Part shown: in pieces, positions 11,481 to 21,698 of the stretch
How the letters are laid out: every line of letters begins with the position of its first letter
Position numbering within the stretch: position 1 is the stretch's first letter
Assembly (NCBI GenBank): GCA_963707985.1
Contig: CAVPRW010000017.1
Span: forward strand, 288,001 to 352,000
Length of the DNA: 64,000 bases
Source: an uncultured Nitrospinota bacterium
GTDB taxonomy: Bacteria; Tectomicrobia; Entotheonellia; J063; CAVPRW01
Direction of reading: 5' to 3'
Notes under the pieces: generated by a model
Database searches by the model: none
Told to the model about the DNA's origin: nothing
The model's input: only the letters and a program-made list of their open reading frames with translations
Translations under genes and position numbers: made by a program

Positions 11481-12227
11481 ATGATTCGGGTGATCGATGT
11501 GCATCAATCGTTTGGCAGTCAGCCGGTCTTGCGGGGGATCAACCTACGCGTGCCGAAGGGAGAGATCCTCGCCATCGTCGGCCGCAGTGGCAGCGGCAAG
11601 ACGGTCCTGCTCAGGCTCATCATCGGTCTTGTGCGGCCGAATCGCGGTCAGATCCTCATTGAAGAGACCGATATCACCCAACTCTCGGGCCGTCGCTTGG
11701 ACCACGTGCGTGAGCGCTTTGGGATGTTGTTTCAAGGTGGCGCCCTGTTCGATTCGATGACCGTCTTCGATAACGTCGCTTTCCCCTTGCGCGAAAAGAC
11801 CAATCTTCCCCAAGCAGAGGTCGTCGCTCAGGTGCAGAAGATGCTTGAGAATGTTGGCCTCGGCGAGATGGGGTACAAGTTTCCTGCCGAATTAAGCGGC
11901 GGCATGAAGAAGCGCACCGCTTTAGCACGTGCCCTCATCACCAATCCCTCGATCATTCTCTTTGATGAGCCGACAACAGGTTTGGATCCTATTCTGGTCC
12001 GCGCGATCCATCAATTAATCCAGGAGACCCACGACGCCTTCGGCTATACGGCTGTGATTGTCAGCCATGAAATCCCCGAGGTCTTTGAGATCGCCACGCG
12101 GGTTGCAGTCATCCATGAGGGGCGGATCATTGCCGAGGGCACCCCGGAGATGATTCTTAAGTCCCCAGATCCATTCATCCAACAATTCATTTCGGGGAGC
12201 CTCGAAGGCCCCGTGCGGCCGCTCTAG
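11481..12227 (+). CDS. mlaF: MlaF/Ttg2A ABC transporter ATPase
   Basis: Walker A GRSGSGKT, FQGGALFDS, LSGGMKKR, DEPTTGLDP. Confidence 0.92.
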   Translation: MIRVIDVHQSFGSQPVLRGINLRVPKGEILAIVGRSGSGKTVLLRLIIGLVRPNRGQILIEETDITQLSGRRLDHVRERFGMLFQGGALFDSMTVFDNVAFPLREKTNLPQAEVVAQVQKMLENVGLGEMGYKFPAELSGGMKKRTALARALITNPSIILFDEPTTGLDPILVRAIHQLIQETHDAFGYTAVIVSHEIPEVFEIATRVAVIHEGRIIAEGTPEMILKSPDPFIQQFISGSLEGPVRPL

Positions 12228-12254
12228 TAGCGGCCATCCGGTAGGAAGGGATGT

Positions 12255-12699
12255 ATGATGGCGCGGATCAACACAGAGGTGGCCGTTGGTTTATTCCTGC
12301 TCCTCGGGTTGCTGGCGTTGGGATACCTGGCGATCAAGCTTGGCAAGATGGAAGTGGTGGGCACCAGTGGCTACACCGTGCATGCGACATTCTCGAATGT
12401 CGCTGGCCTGCGGGTTGGCTCTCCTGTGGAAATCGCCGGGGTGGATATCGGCTGGGTGGAGGCTATCCGTCTGCAGGAATTATCAGGCCGTCGTGGCTTT
12501 TCGCATCAAAGATGAGGTGCAACTCCCCGAGGACTCGATTGCCTCTATTCGCACCAAGGGTCTCATTGGTGAACAATTGGTCAAGATCGCGCCGGGAGGA
12601 GCTGAGAAAAATCTTCAACCGGGGGATGAGATCAAAGAAACGGAGCCGCCGGTGGATATCATGGAACTGATTGCCAACTACGCCTTTGGGAAAATCTAA
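12255..12699 (+). CDS. mlaD: MlaD/MCE domain protein; apparent +1 frameshift at ~12477
   Basis: N-terminal TM then FSNVAGLRVGSPVEIAGV; continues ASIRTKGLIGEQ...PG in the next frame. Confidence 0.88.
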
Positions 12700-12770
12700 C
12701 CTCACTCAACTGAAAGATATCTGGACGCAGAGCTGGCGGCCAGTCAGTGGCAATAGAGAAGGAGAACCGT

Positions 12771-13412
12771 ATGCACAGTATTGCACGCGGCAGAATCATG
12801 CTTCTGCTCAGTACAGTCTGGCTCGGAGTGATCGGGCAGGTCATGGCCGGCGAACCTACGGACCTGGTTCGGCAGACTACCGATCAGGTCTTGAATGTTT
12901 TTGACGACCCGCAATTCCAGGCCCCCAACCGGCAGGCCGAGCGCCAGGAGCGGTTGCACAAACTCGCCGATCAAGTCTTCGACTGGCAGGAAATTGCCCG
13001 GCGGGCGCTGGCGGTGCACTGGCGCGAGCGCACGCCGCAGGAACAGCAGGAATTCGTCAAGCTCTTCAGGGACCTCGTCGAGGGCACCTATCTGAATCGC
13101 CTCGAGACCGCGGCCCAGGAAAAACGCGACATCCAGTATGTCGGCGAACAGCTGGATGGGGATCGAGCCGCGGTCAAGACGAACGTGGTGACACGACGCA
13201 ATCAACAGGTACCCATCGAATACCGGTTGCATAAAGTCGCTGGGCGCTGGCTGATCTATGATGTGCTGGTCGAGGGCATCAGCTTGGTCAATAACTATCG
13301 GTCGCAGTTCAACCGCATCATTACGAGCTCGTCGTATCAAGAGTTGGTCCAAAAAATGAAAACTAGACAAGTGGACGAACCCTCTGGTAAGCCGGAGCGC
13401 AAGGTACAATAG
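12771..13412 (+). CDS. mlaC: MlaC/Ttg2D (HpnM-like) periplasmic lipid-binding protein
   Basis: Signal peptide; WLIYDVLVEGISLVNNYRSQF family motif; RBS AAGGAG. Confidence 0.88.
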   Translation: MHSIARGRIMLLLSTVWLGVIGQVMAGEPTDLVRQTTDQVLNVFDDPQFQAPNRQAERQERLHKLADQVFDWQEIARRALAVHWRERTPQEQQEFVKLFRDLVEGTYLNRLETAAQEKRDIQYVGEQLDGDRAAVKTNVVTRRNQQVPIEYRLHKVAGRWLIYDVLVEGISLVNNYRSQFNRIITSSSYQELVQKMKTRQVDEPSGKPERKVQ

Positions 13413-13431
13413 CGTCGCAAGCAGAGCTGTC

Positions 13432-13458
13432 CGGGGAGGGGGCGCCTCACCCCTCCCG
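13432..13458. terminator. GC-rich hairpin between convergent mlaC and AEP transaminase genes
   Basis: GGGAGGGG...CCCCTCCC inverted repeat; no clear U tract. Confidence 0.35.
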
Positions 13459-13481
13459 ACGCTGTCGTGCCCAGCGCTCTC

Positions 13482-14573
13482 CTATGTTGCCAACACTTCT
13501 GTCAATGCCGCCAGAAACCCCTGGAACTGCTCAATGGTATGGTGTCCCATGTTGGCAACCCGGAAGACCCTAGAGGAGAGGTCCCCCTGCCCTGCATAGA
13601 TCACATAGCCCCGCGCCTTCAGGGCGTCATGCAAGGCGACATAGGTGAAGCCTGCTGGGAGCTCAAGCGACGTGATGGTATTGGAGCGCAGGTCTGGGGG
13701 CAAGAGGCATTTCAGCCCCAGGGATTCAAAACCATCTCGCAATAAGTGCGCAGCGGTTCGATAGCGCGCGATGCGGCGCGCGACCCCTTCTTCGAGCAGT
13801 TCCTGCAGGGCTTCATCAAACGCATACATGACTTGAATCGCTGGCGTAAAAGGTGTGCTCTGGCCCTGCTGGTGAGCGTACAGCATGGGCAGATGAAAAT
13901 ACAGCGTACGTGGGGGAAAATCTTGCATACGCTGCATCTCACTGTTCTTCACCAGGACGAACGACACTCCGGGTAACCCTTGGATGCACTTGTTGGCGGT
14001 GCCGATGCACAGGCCAATGCCGGCCCCCGCCAGGTCGATCTCCTCACCCCCCAGGCCGCTAATGGAATCGACCAGCAACACCCGCCCGTGCTGCGCGACC
14101 ATCTCCCCAATAGCTGTGATGGGGTTCAGCAAGCCGGTCGTCGTTTCGTGGTGGACCAGGCATACCACCTCGATAGAGGCGTCATCACGCAGCATTCGAG
14201 CGATCTGCCCCAGGTCTGGCGGACTTGTCCATGGACAGGTCAACTCCACGACCTCAAGACCATGAATCGACGCCATTTGCGCCAGACGCGCCCCATAGAC
14301 GCCGTTGTTGATGACCAGCATTTTCCGTTGGGGATGCAATGCAGAGGCGACGGCCGCCTCCATGGCTGCAGTCCCCGAGCCTGTCAGGAGGACGGCGGTA
14401 TAGTCACCCTCAGCAGCGAAGGCATGGCACAACAGTTCGCGGACACGGCTCTGCAAGACGCTGAATTCATCCTCACGATGGCATAAATCGCCCCGCAGTA
14501 GCGCCTGGGACACTCGTGGCGAGACGTTCACCGGTCCGGGATTTAAGAGCATGGTGCGACCAGAGGTGAGCAT
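13482..14573 (-). CDS. 2-aminoethylphosphonate transaminase (PhnW/AepZ-like, class V PLP enzyme)
   Basis: LLNPGPV, LTGSGT, NNGVYGAR, VHHETTTGLLN, TANKCIQGLPG (PLP Lys), PFTP, GYVIYAGQG. Confidence 0.88.
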   Translation of the reverse strand: MLTSGRTMLLNPGPVNVSPRVSQALLRGDLCHREDEFSVLQSRVRELLCHAFAAEGDYTAVLLTGSGTAAMEAAVASALHPQRKMLVINNGVYGARLAQMASIHGLEVVELTCPWTSPPDLGQIARMLRDDASIEVVCLVHHETTTGLLNPITAIGEMVAQHGRVLLVDSISGLGGEEIDLAGAGIGLCIGTANKCIQGLPGVSFVLVKNSEMQRMQDFPPRTLYFHLPMLYAHQQGQSTPFTPAIQVMYAFDEALQELLEEGVARRIARYRTAAHLLRDGFESLGLKCLLPPDLRSNTITSLELPAGFTYVALHDALKARGYVIYAGQGDLSSRVFRVANMGHHTIEQFQGFLAALTEVLAT

Positions 14574-14590
14574 AGGTTAGACTCCCCATA

Positions 14591-15784
14591 TCATCGAGGT
14601 GCAGCTGCGCCATGGCCAAAGAAAAGGCTCCAGCTCATGAATAGAGCAAAATCGGCGGTCCGATTGGTATCATTCAGGTCCTCCATGAATCCGGCTTGCC
14701 AGACAACCGGCAACCCAGGAAGCGTCCAGTTGAAGCCGGCCAGGATTTCGTAGGTTGGCTGGTCGATGTCGAGGCCGCTGTTACGCACCGGCGGCGTGAT
14801 ACCATTGAGCTGGAGCAGGATGGAGAAGCGCTTGGTGAGACGGTATTCCCCGGTGAGGAAGGTGGAAAGCATCGGCACACTGTCGATGCCGGTCCCAGCA
14901 AACGGGTTGCCCGTGGGGATGGTCAAGCCGGTGTTGAAGTATAGTCGTACCGGGCCGAACGTTTTTTCGAGGGCCACTCCCAATGCGACGTCCACCTCCC
15001 CACTGCCCAGCGCCCGGTCCTCGTCACCGGTTGGCAGTTTCAGGGCAAAGCGCCCAGCGATGGCTGGGGCCAGCTGCCCCTCCTTACGGAGCAACGCCTT
15101 AGCACTGAGGCCGATGTCACCGATGCCGACTGCGCCGGACGTGCCTTTGAGGGCGGTCCTACCGTTGTTATTAAGGATGTAATCGAAGAGATTCTGCGGA
15201 CGCTCGAAGCGAATCGTGCGTTTGAAGCCTGTGAAATCCTCAAACCCTTCAATAGGCCCGTCCAAAAAACCCTTCCAGGTATACAGCAGGGGAATGTCCA
15301 ATCCGACCGCCAGTTGATCGATCACCCCGTATTGTAGAGCAAGGTTGGCGCGGGTCAGCTCGAAATCGAAGAGGAACGAGTCATTCCCATTCTGATCGCG
15401 AGCCAAGATATTGGCCTCTACCAGGTCGAAGCGGATATTCCACATCCCGCGCGGCAGGGGAATGGCGCGCTCCGGTGTAAACTGAAAGTATAACAGTTGG
15501 ATGGGGGAAAGACTACGGACGGGAAATGGACCGCCGACCACGGCGGTCGATGGTAATTCTCGTGGCGATTCTTGTGCTGGTGTAGGCTGGGCGCACAAGG
15601 GAGCGGTGAGGATGGCATGGATGCAGCCCAGAACCAGCCACCATTGTGCCGATCGGTTTACAAGGGAAACACATCGGAGTATCGTGCCTATTCGACTTGG
15701 GCTGGGAGGGATGTCTTGAGAACAGGGCAACCTACCTGCGGTGATCCCCCCATAGGTGGCGTGCATCCTCTCTCCTTCGCGCAT
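14591..15784 (-). CDS. DUF3187-like putative outer-membrane beta-barrel protein (start uncertain)
   Basis: Signal-like segment, GPFPVRS..P, GFLDGPIE.F, GIGDI, LKLPTGD..LGSG, alternating beta-strand C-terminus. Confidence 0.6.
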   Translation of the reverse strand: MREGERMHATYGGITAGRLPCSQDIPPSPSRIGTILRCVSLVNRSAQWWLVLGCIHAILTAPLCAQPTPAQESPRELPSTAVVGGPFPVRSLSPIQLLYFQFTPERAIPLPRGMWNIRFDLVEANILARDQNGNDSFLFDFELTRANLALQYGVIDQLAVGLDIPLLYTWKGFLDGPIEGFEDFTGFKRTIRFERPQNLFDYILNNNGRTALKGTSGAVGIGDIGLSAKALLRKEGQLAPAIAGRFALKLPTGDEDRALGSGEVDVALGVALEKTFGPVRLYFNTGLTIPTGNPFAGTGIDSVPMLSTFLTGEYRLTKRFSILLQLNGITPPVRNSGLDIDQPTYEILAGFNWTLPGLPVVWQAGFMEDLNDTNRTADFALFMSWSLFFGHGAAAPR

Positions 15785-16120
15785 GAGCTATCGCACGAGC
15801 GCGCCGATATCCAGATGCGAGACCTCAACAGGAAACGACACAGTTTCGGGCGGTCCCTCAGGGTGTACGCACTCTAACAAGATTCACGCCACGCGGCAAC
15901 TCCTTGACAGCGGCGCGAGGTCTATATCATAGACTCCACAGATATCTACAAGGCAGGATTTAGCCTCTACATTGGGCAGAATTCCCTTGACAGACGGTCC
16001 TTTTACAGGGTATATGATGCTGCACTTCCAGCCAAGCGGCGGAGGGTTTTGGAGGTTAGAAGAGGCTTCCGACTGGTTTCAGTGGGTCAAAGGTAGCGGT
16101 GCGTCAGCGGCGATTGTAGG

Positions 16121-18128
16121 TTGCAGGAGCACATCGGAGTGCCAGGGCCGACAACATCGAGGAGGTCTCCCATCACCACACATCCGCTCTCAGCCACCGT
16201 GGCAGACGCTTCCAGCTCCGGCGAGTGGATCAAGCGCGTCAGCGAGGCAGCTGCCCGATCGCAACACTTCTTTCTCACCACACAGGACCCGGAAGGCTTC
16301 TGGATGGGTGAGTTGCAGTCCAATGTTACCATCATTGCCGAATACATCATGTTTCAGCACTTTCTCGGCCACCGCGACCCCAAGCGACTCCGCAAAGCTG
16401 TGCGGCACATCCTCGCGGACGCAGTTGCCGGATGGCGGTTGGAATATTTATTTCGGCGGCCCTAGCGAGCTCAGCGCCACCGTTGAAGCGTATTTTGCCC
16501 TGAAATTGGCAGGACACCCCACGGATGATGCCTGTATGCAACGGGCCTGTCAACTGATCAGGAGCAAAGGCGGCGTGGAGCAAAGTCGAGTCTTCACCAA
16601 GATCAACCTGGCATTGTTCGGCCAGTATACCTGGGAGGGCATCCCCAGCATGCCGGTGGAGATGATGTTTTTGCCGACGGGCTTTTACTTCAACATCTAC
16701 GAATTTTCCAGCTGGTCGCGCAGCGTCATCGTGCCGTTGATGATCATCTTCGCGCAAAAGCCACAGGTCAAACTTGACGGCTTTCCAGGTATCGATGAGC
16801 TTTACGCCTCTCCGCCTGATCAACGACACGCCGCCGTAGAGTGGTCGGATGAGTTGGTGAGTTGGCGTAATGTCTTCGTCCTCGCCGACCGCGCTTTGAA
16901 GATCCTCGAACGCCGGACGATTCCTGTCGTGCGAGCTGCGGCCATCCGCCGAGCCGAGCAATGGATCCTCAACCACCAAGATTTGACTGGCGATTGGGGG
17001 GGGATCATGCCAGCCATGATGAACTCGGTGCTGGCCCTGTTGAGCTTGGGCTATAAGCCGACCGATCCGGTGATTGTCAAGGGACTCGAGGCCATTGAAC
17101 GCTTTGGCATTGAAACCAACAGCGAATTCCGTTTACAGTCCTGCGTGTCCCCCGTCTGGGATACCGCCATTACGGTGATTGCTCTAACCGACTCTGGTTT
17201 ACATGCGACCCACCCGGCTTTGACGAAGGCGGCGGACTGGCTAGTCAGCAAGCAGGTCCTCCGCAAGGGGGATTGGGCCGTCAAGAATCGCAAGGGCAAG
17301 CCAGGAGGTTGGTCGTTCGAGTTCTTCAACGATTTCTTCCCCGACAACGATGATACCGCCATGGTCTTGCTCGCCCTGCGCCACGTGCGTGTGCCTGACG
17401 AGCAAACCCTGAAAGAAGCCTGTCAGCGCGGCCTCGCCTGGCTCCTCAGCATGCAATGTGACGATGGCGGCTGGGGAGCGTTTGATATGAACAATAACCG
17501 TCGCCTGCTCAATCATATCCCCTTCGCTGACCTCGAATCGCTCCTTGATCCGAGCACGAGTGATGTGACCGGTCGCGTCGTGGAACTCCTCGCGAAACTT
17601 GGCTACCCCCGACAACATCCGGTGATCCGACGGGCGTTGCGCTTCCTGCGCAAGGATCAGTGCGAGGATGGGTCATGGTATGGGCGCTGGGGGGTGAATT
17701 ATATCTATGGCACCTGGGCGGTGCTGACGGGCCTGCGGGCACTCGGTGAAGATTTTTCCCAAGGGTATATCCAGCGTGCCATACGCTGGGTGGAGCGCTG
17801 CCAGAATTGTGACGGTGGGTGGGGTGAGAGCTGCGAGACCTACGTCAACCTGCAGACGAAGGGGAAGGGGAAGAGCACATCCTCACAAACGGCGTGGGCC
17901 GTGATGACCTTGATCGAGAGCGGTCGAGTGCGTTCGCCAACAGTGGAGTTGGGCATACGATTCCTCATAGAGCATCAACAGAGGGATGGCACGTGGGCAG
18001 AGGAAGAATATACCGGCACGGGCTTTCCCAAGCACTTTTATATCAACTACCACCTGTATCGGAATTACTTTCCGCTGATGGCACTCGCTCGTTATCGCTC
18101 CACGCTGACCGAAGGTAAAGCGGGGTGA
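16121..18128 (+). CDS. shc: Squalene-hopene cyclase; apparent +1 frameshift at ~16417
   Basis: QW repeats (QDPEGFW, QLPDGGW, QCDDGGW, QCEDGSW, QNCDGGW), SPVWDT, catalytic PDNDDT, GTGFP; N-terminal part in ORF 16121..16465. Confidence 0.95.
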
Positions 18129-18901
18129 GCGGCATTGGCGTGGTCGTTGCTCTGCCGCGTGAGATCCCCGCGGGCTTCCTCTGCTCTGCCAATCGCCAGT
18201 ACGTGGAAACACATTCCTATCCCATCTACCGCGCTGCGGCGGCGCAGCATGTGATCGTGCAAGCTGGCGTGGGGCGCACACGGGCCGCCGCAGCTGCTCG
18301 GATGCTGATCCGTCACTTTTCCCCTCAGGGTTTGGTGAGCTTTGGCTTTGCAGGAGGTCTCGCCCCTTGGCTTGCCCGAGGCACTATCGTCATTGGCACA
18401 GAGGTGGTGGGCGAGGATGGGGTCGGTCAGTGGCCGATGGCAAGTCGTGACCTGGTTGAGCAATTCGGCGCGGCCGCCGTTGCTGAAGAGCTGCCAACGC
18501 AGCAAGGCAAACTGGTCACCAGCCGCTGTATTGTTGCCGATTCCGCTGCTAAAGCCGACCTGCGGGAGAAGAGCGGGGCGTGTGCGGTGGATATGGAAAC
18601 GCTTGGGATCGTCGAAGCGGCGGACGAAGCCAGTCTACCATGGGTGGCCATACGGGCCATTGTCGACAGCGCGTCGGATACGTTGCCACCGGCCTGTCTC
18701 AGAACCCTGCATGCGGATGGCCATGTGGCGATGGGGCGGCTGTTATGGATGATGTGCCGATCACCTCTGGTGTTGCGCCACTTGGTGCGGCTGGCAGATC
18801 ACACGGCTCTCGCCCGTCGTCATCTTTCACAAACTTTTGACCGCTGGGCCAAGAGCCGCGTCGTGCCAGTTCCTCAAACGCCCAGGAGAAGTCTCCTATG
18901 A
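18125..18901 (+). CDS. hpnG: Hopanoid-associated nucleoside phosphorylase (HpnG-like)
   Basis: GVG, SFGFAGGL, AVDMET, RAIVD motifs; GTG start overlaps the shc stop. Confidence 0.8.
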   Translation: MSGIGVVVALPREIPAGFLCSANRQYVETHSYPIYRAAAAQHVIVQAGVGRTRAAAAARMLIRHFSPQGLVSFGFAGGLAPWLARGTIVIGTEVVGEDGVGQWPMASRDLVEQFGAAAVAEELPTQQGKLVTSRCIVADSAAKADLREKSGACAVDMETLGIVEAADEASLPWVAIRAIVDSASDTLPPACLRTLHADGHVAMGRLLWMMCRSPLVLRHLVRLADHTALARRHLSQTFDRWAKSRVVPVPQTPRRSLL

Positions 18902-19902
18902 AAACGCTGGTCACCGGCGGCACAGGTTTCGTCGGAGCCAATGTGGTACGGGCGCTCATGAAGCGCGGAGTTGAGGTGCGCGGACTGGTACGGCCCCGCA
19001 GTGACACCCAGAATCTCGATAGCCTTGATATCGAGCTGGTGGCAGGAGATTTACGCGACCGCGGTTCTTTAGAGGCGGCACTCGAGGGGTGTGACACGCT
19101 GTACCACGTGGCGGCTATGTATGCCCTCTGGGCGCGGAATCCCCGTGAGCTCTACGACAGCAACGTGACCGGCACCATTAATATCTTGGAGGCTGCCAAA
19201 CAGGCTGGGGTGCAGAAAATCGTTTATACCAGCAGCGTTGCCACCATTGGGTTGCCGAAAGATGGGACACCGGGCACCGAGCAAATCCCGCTACCCCATG
19301 AGGATCTGGTCAGTGATTACAAGCGCTCCAAATATCTCGCTGAGCAGGAGGTTCTGAAGTATGCCCAGCAGGGCCTCCCCGTGGTCATTGTGAATCCCAG
19401 CTTCCCAGTGGGGGCCTGGGATGTAAAGCCCACCCCAAGCGGCCAGATCATCGTGAATTTCTTGCGTGGCAAGATCCCGGCATATGTGGATACCGGCCTA
19501 AACGTCGTCGACGTTGAAGATGTTGCCATGGGACATATCATGGCGGCAGAGAGAGGGCACCCCGGCGAGCGCTATATTCTGGGGCATGCAAACCTTACCC
19601 TGCCGGAGTTATTCCAGCTGCTGGCGCAGGTCTCTGGTATGAGTGCCCCACGCATCCGCATTCCGTATGGCGTTGCCTATCTGTCTGCCTGCGTCAGCGA
19701 GATTGTAGCCCGAACTATCACACACAAACCACCCTTCGCGACGCTGGCTGGGGTGAAGTTGTCCCGTAAGCGTATGTTTTTCGACGCCTCAAAGGCGGTG
19801 CGGGAATTGGGGCTGCCACAGACACCCGCGATCGAAGCCGTGCGCAAGGCTGTGCACTGGTTCCGGACACATGGGTACGCCAAAGAACGTGCTGAGACAT
19901 GA
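18898..19902 (+). CDS. hpnA: Hopanoid-associated NAD-dependent epimerase/dehydratase
   Basis: VTGGTGFVG, YTSSVA, YKRSK, DVKPTPSG, YVDTGLN; translationally coupled to hpnG. Confidence 0.88.
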   Translation: MKTLVTGGTGFVGANVVRALMKRGVEVRGLVRPRSDTQNLDSLDIELVAGDLRDRGSLEAALEGCDTLYHVAAMYALWARNPRELYDSNVTGTINILEAAKQAGVQKIVYTSSVATIGLPKDGTPGTEQIPLPHEDLVSDYKRSKYLAEQEVLKYAQQGLPVVIVNPSFPVGAWDVKPTPSGQIIVNFLRGKIPAYVDTGLNVVDVEDVAMGHIMAAERGHPGERYILGHANLTLPELFQLLAQVSGMSAPRIRIPYGVAYLSACVSEIVARTITHKPPFATLAGVKLSRKRMFFDASKAVRELGLPQTPAIEAVRKAVHWFRTHGYAKERAET

Positions 19903-20053
19903 GCGTTGAGTGATGAGAACACTTGAGGTGATTAAGAAGGCCGATAGGTTACCGGTGTCTAGGGCTATGTGTCTGCCAAATATCCCCCCACAGGATGTTG
20001 TGCTCGGCACTCAATCCGCAGCGCTCAGCATTAGCTTGAGAAGGGAGGATGGT

Positions 20054-20941
20054 CTGGAAGTTCTGTCGTTGCTGCTCGGTTCGCTGACTCTACGCCCCTA
20101 TGTATTTTTCTTTCTGGCGGTTTATCTGGTGGTCAGCAGTCTTCACTTGGGCTATCTTCGTACTGCTATCCTGTTCTTTCTGACCTGGGGCATCGCTTTC
20201 CTCTCCGAGTTCAGCGCCACGCGAAATGGTTTCCCGTACGGTTACTATGAATATCTAACCGACACGCGTGAGGTCGAATTGTGGATCTCGAACGTGCCAT
20301 TCTTTGATAGCCTGGCCTACACGTTCATTGCTTATGCGGCGTATTCGATGGCGCTGCTCGCCTATGCACCAATTCTCCGCCGCGGGGCCGACATCCAGTT
20401 GGTCGAGACCCATCGGCTGCGTCAATCCCTGCCGGTGTCTCTGCTGACCGTGGTCTTTTTTGTCTTCCTTGACATCGTCGTGGACCCCGTAGCACTGCGG
20501 GGTTCACGGTGGTTTCTCGGACAGATTTTCTGGTATCCCGAGGGCGGGATGTATTTTGGCGTACCATTGTCCAACTTCGGCGGTTGGGCGATCGTCGGCA
20601 CTGCGATTATCCTGCTGTACCAGGGCATCGATCGTCTGCTGGTGAGACGCGGCTGGGGGAGCAATGCGGGGGTTCGCTACGTACCGGGCAAAGCCCTGTG
20701 GGGGCCGATCCTGTACTATCTCTTGCTAGTGTTCAACCTGACGGTTACCTTCATCATCGATGAACCCTTACTGGGCTGCGTTGGGGTGCTGATCTTCACC
20801 CCGATCACCATGCTCATGCTTACACTGCTCTTTAAGCCTGCCAATCAAGCGACGACGGAAGAGCTTGTCGCACATCTTGAAGATTTCCCTGGCTCATCCC
20901 TGACCCGATGGCCTTGGGGCATGGGAAATTGGAAGCAATAA
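20054..20941 (+). CDS. CruF-like ('carotenoid biosynthesis', DUF422) membrane hydratase homolog; start uncertain (CTG after AGGGAGG; open frame extends to 19910)
   Basis: Multi-TM; SE...NGFPYGYY.Y, LDIVVDPVA, GVPLSNFGGW motifs. Confidence 0.75.
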   Translation: MEVLSLLLGSLTLRPYVFFFLAVYLVVSSLHLGYLRTAILFFLTWGIAFLSEFSATRNGFPYGYYEYLTDTREVELWISNVPFFDSLAYTFIAYAAYSMALLAYAPILRRGADIQLVETHRLRQSLPVSLLTVVFFVFLDIVVDPVALRGSRWFLGQIFWYPEGGMYFGVPLSNFGGWAIVGTAIILLYQGIDRLLVRRGWGSNAGVRYVPGKALWGPILYYLLLVFNLTVTFIIDEPLLGCVGVLIFTPITMLMLTLLFKPANQATTEELVAHLEDFPGSSLTRWPWGMGNWKQ

Positions 20942-20948
20942 GGGAAGG

Positions 20949-21698
20949 ATGACCATGCGAGCGATCCTGTTAGCGGCCGGGACCGGCCGACGACTGCAAC
21001 GGCCCTTTCCGAAATGTCTTGTCGACATTGGAGGCATGACCCTTCTGAGTCGTATGCTGCGGGCACTCGCGGCCGTGAAGGTGGTCGAAGCCTGGATCGT
21101 CGTCGGATACCGTCACGACTTGATCACTGCAGAGCTTGACCGCTGCCCATCGCCGCTGCCGGTGGTCTGCGTCAACAATGAAGCCTATCTGCGGGGTAGT
21201 GTGCGCTCGTTATGGGCCGCACGCCAGGTGCTGAACAGCGAGGTATTGGTCATGGATGCTGACGTGTTATTCCCCGTTCATCTCCTGCACCGCCTGGTGC
21301 AGTCCGCCCATCACAATTGCGTGCTTGCTGATCCGCGCTCTGCCTTCACGGGTGAAGAGATGATGCTGACGATTCAGGACGACCATATCTGGGACATTAC
21401 GAGAGGCGTCATGGATCCAGCGCACGTGTTAGGCGAAGGGGTAGGATTCTACAAATTCGATCTGCTCGCTGCACGGCATCTGCAGGAGCTGCTTGAACAA
21501 TGGATCACTAGCGGCCGCGATGGCGAGGAATATGAAGAAGCGTTGCGTGTCCTCTTCAAAGCTTGGAGTTTTGGCTACGAACTGGTCGGGGACCTACCCT
21601 GGACTGAGGTCGATTTCCCCGAGGATATCACCAAGGCGGAACAGAAGGTCTGGCCCCAGATTCAGGCGCTTGAGGCCGGACTATGGGAGCCACGATGA
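20949..21698 (+). CDS. Phosphocholine/phosphonate cytidylyltransferase family (LicC/PntC-like)
   Basis: AILLAAGTGRRL..PKCL, MDADV, WTEVDFPED. Confidence 0.85.
   Translation: MTMRAILLAAGTGRRLQRPFPKCLVDIGGMTLLSRMLRALAAVKVVEAWIVVGYRHDLITAELDRCPSPLPVVCVNNEAYLRGSVRSLWAARQVLNSEVLVMDADVLFPVHLLHRLVQSAHHNCVLADPRSAFTGEEMMLTIQDDHIWDITRGVMDPAHVLGEGVGFYKFDLLAARHLQELLEQWITSGRDGEEYEEALRVLFKAWSFGYELVGDLPWTEVDFPEDITKAEQKVWPQIQALEAGLWEPR

Noticed and set aside
15972..16420. Long N-terminal extension of shc shown in the ORF track
   Set aside because: Wrong frame before the indel; the true N-terminus with the first QW repeat is in ORF 16121..16465
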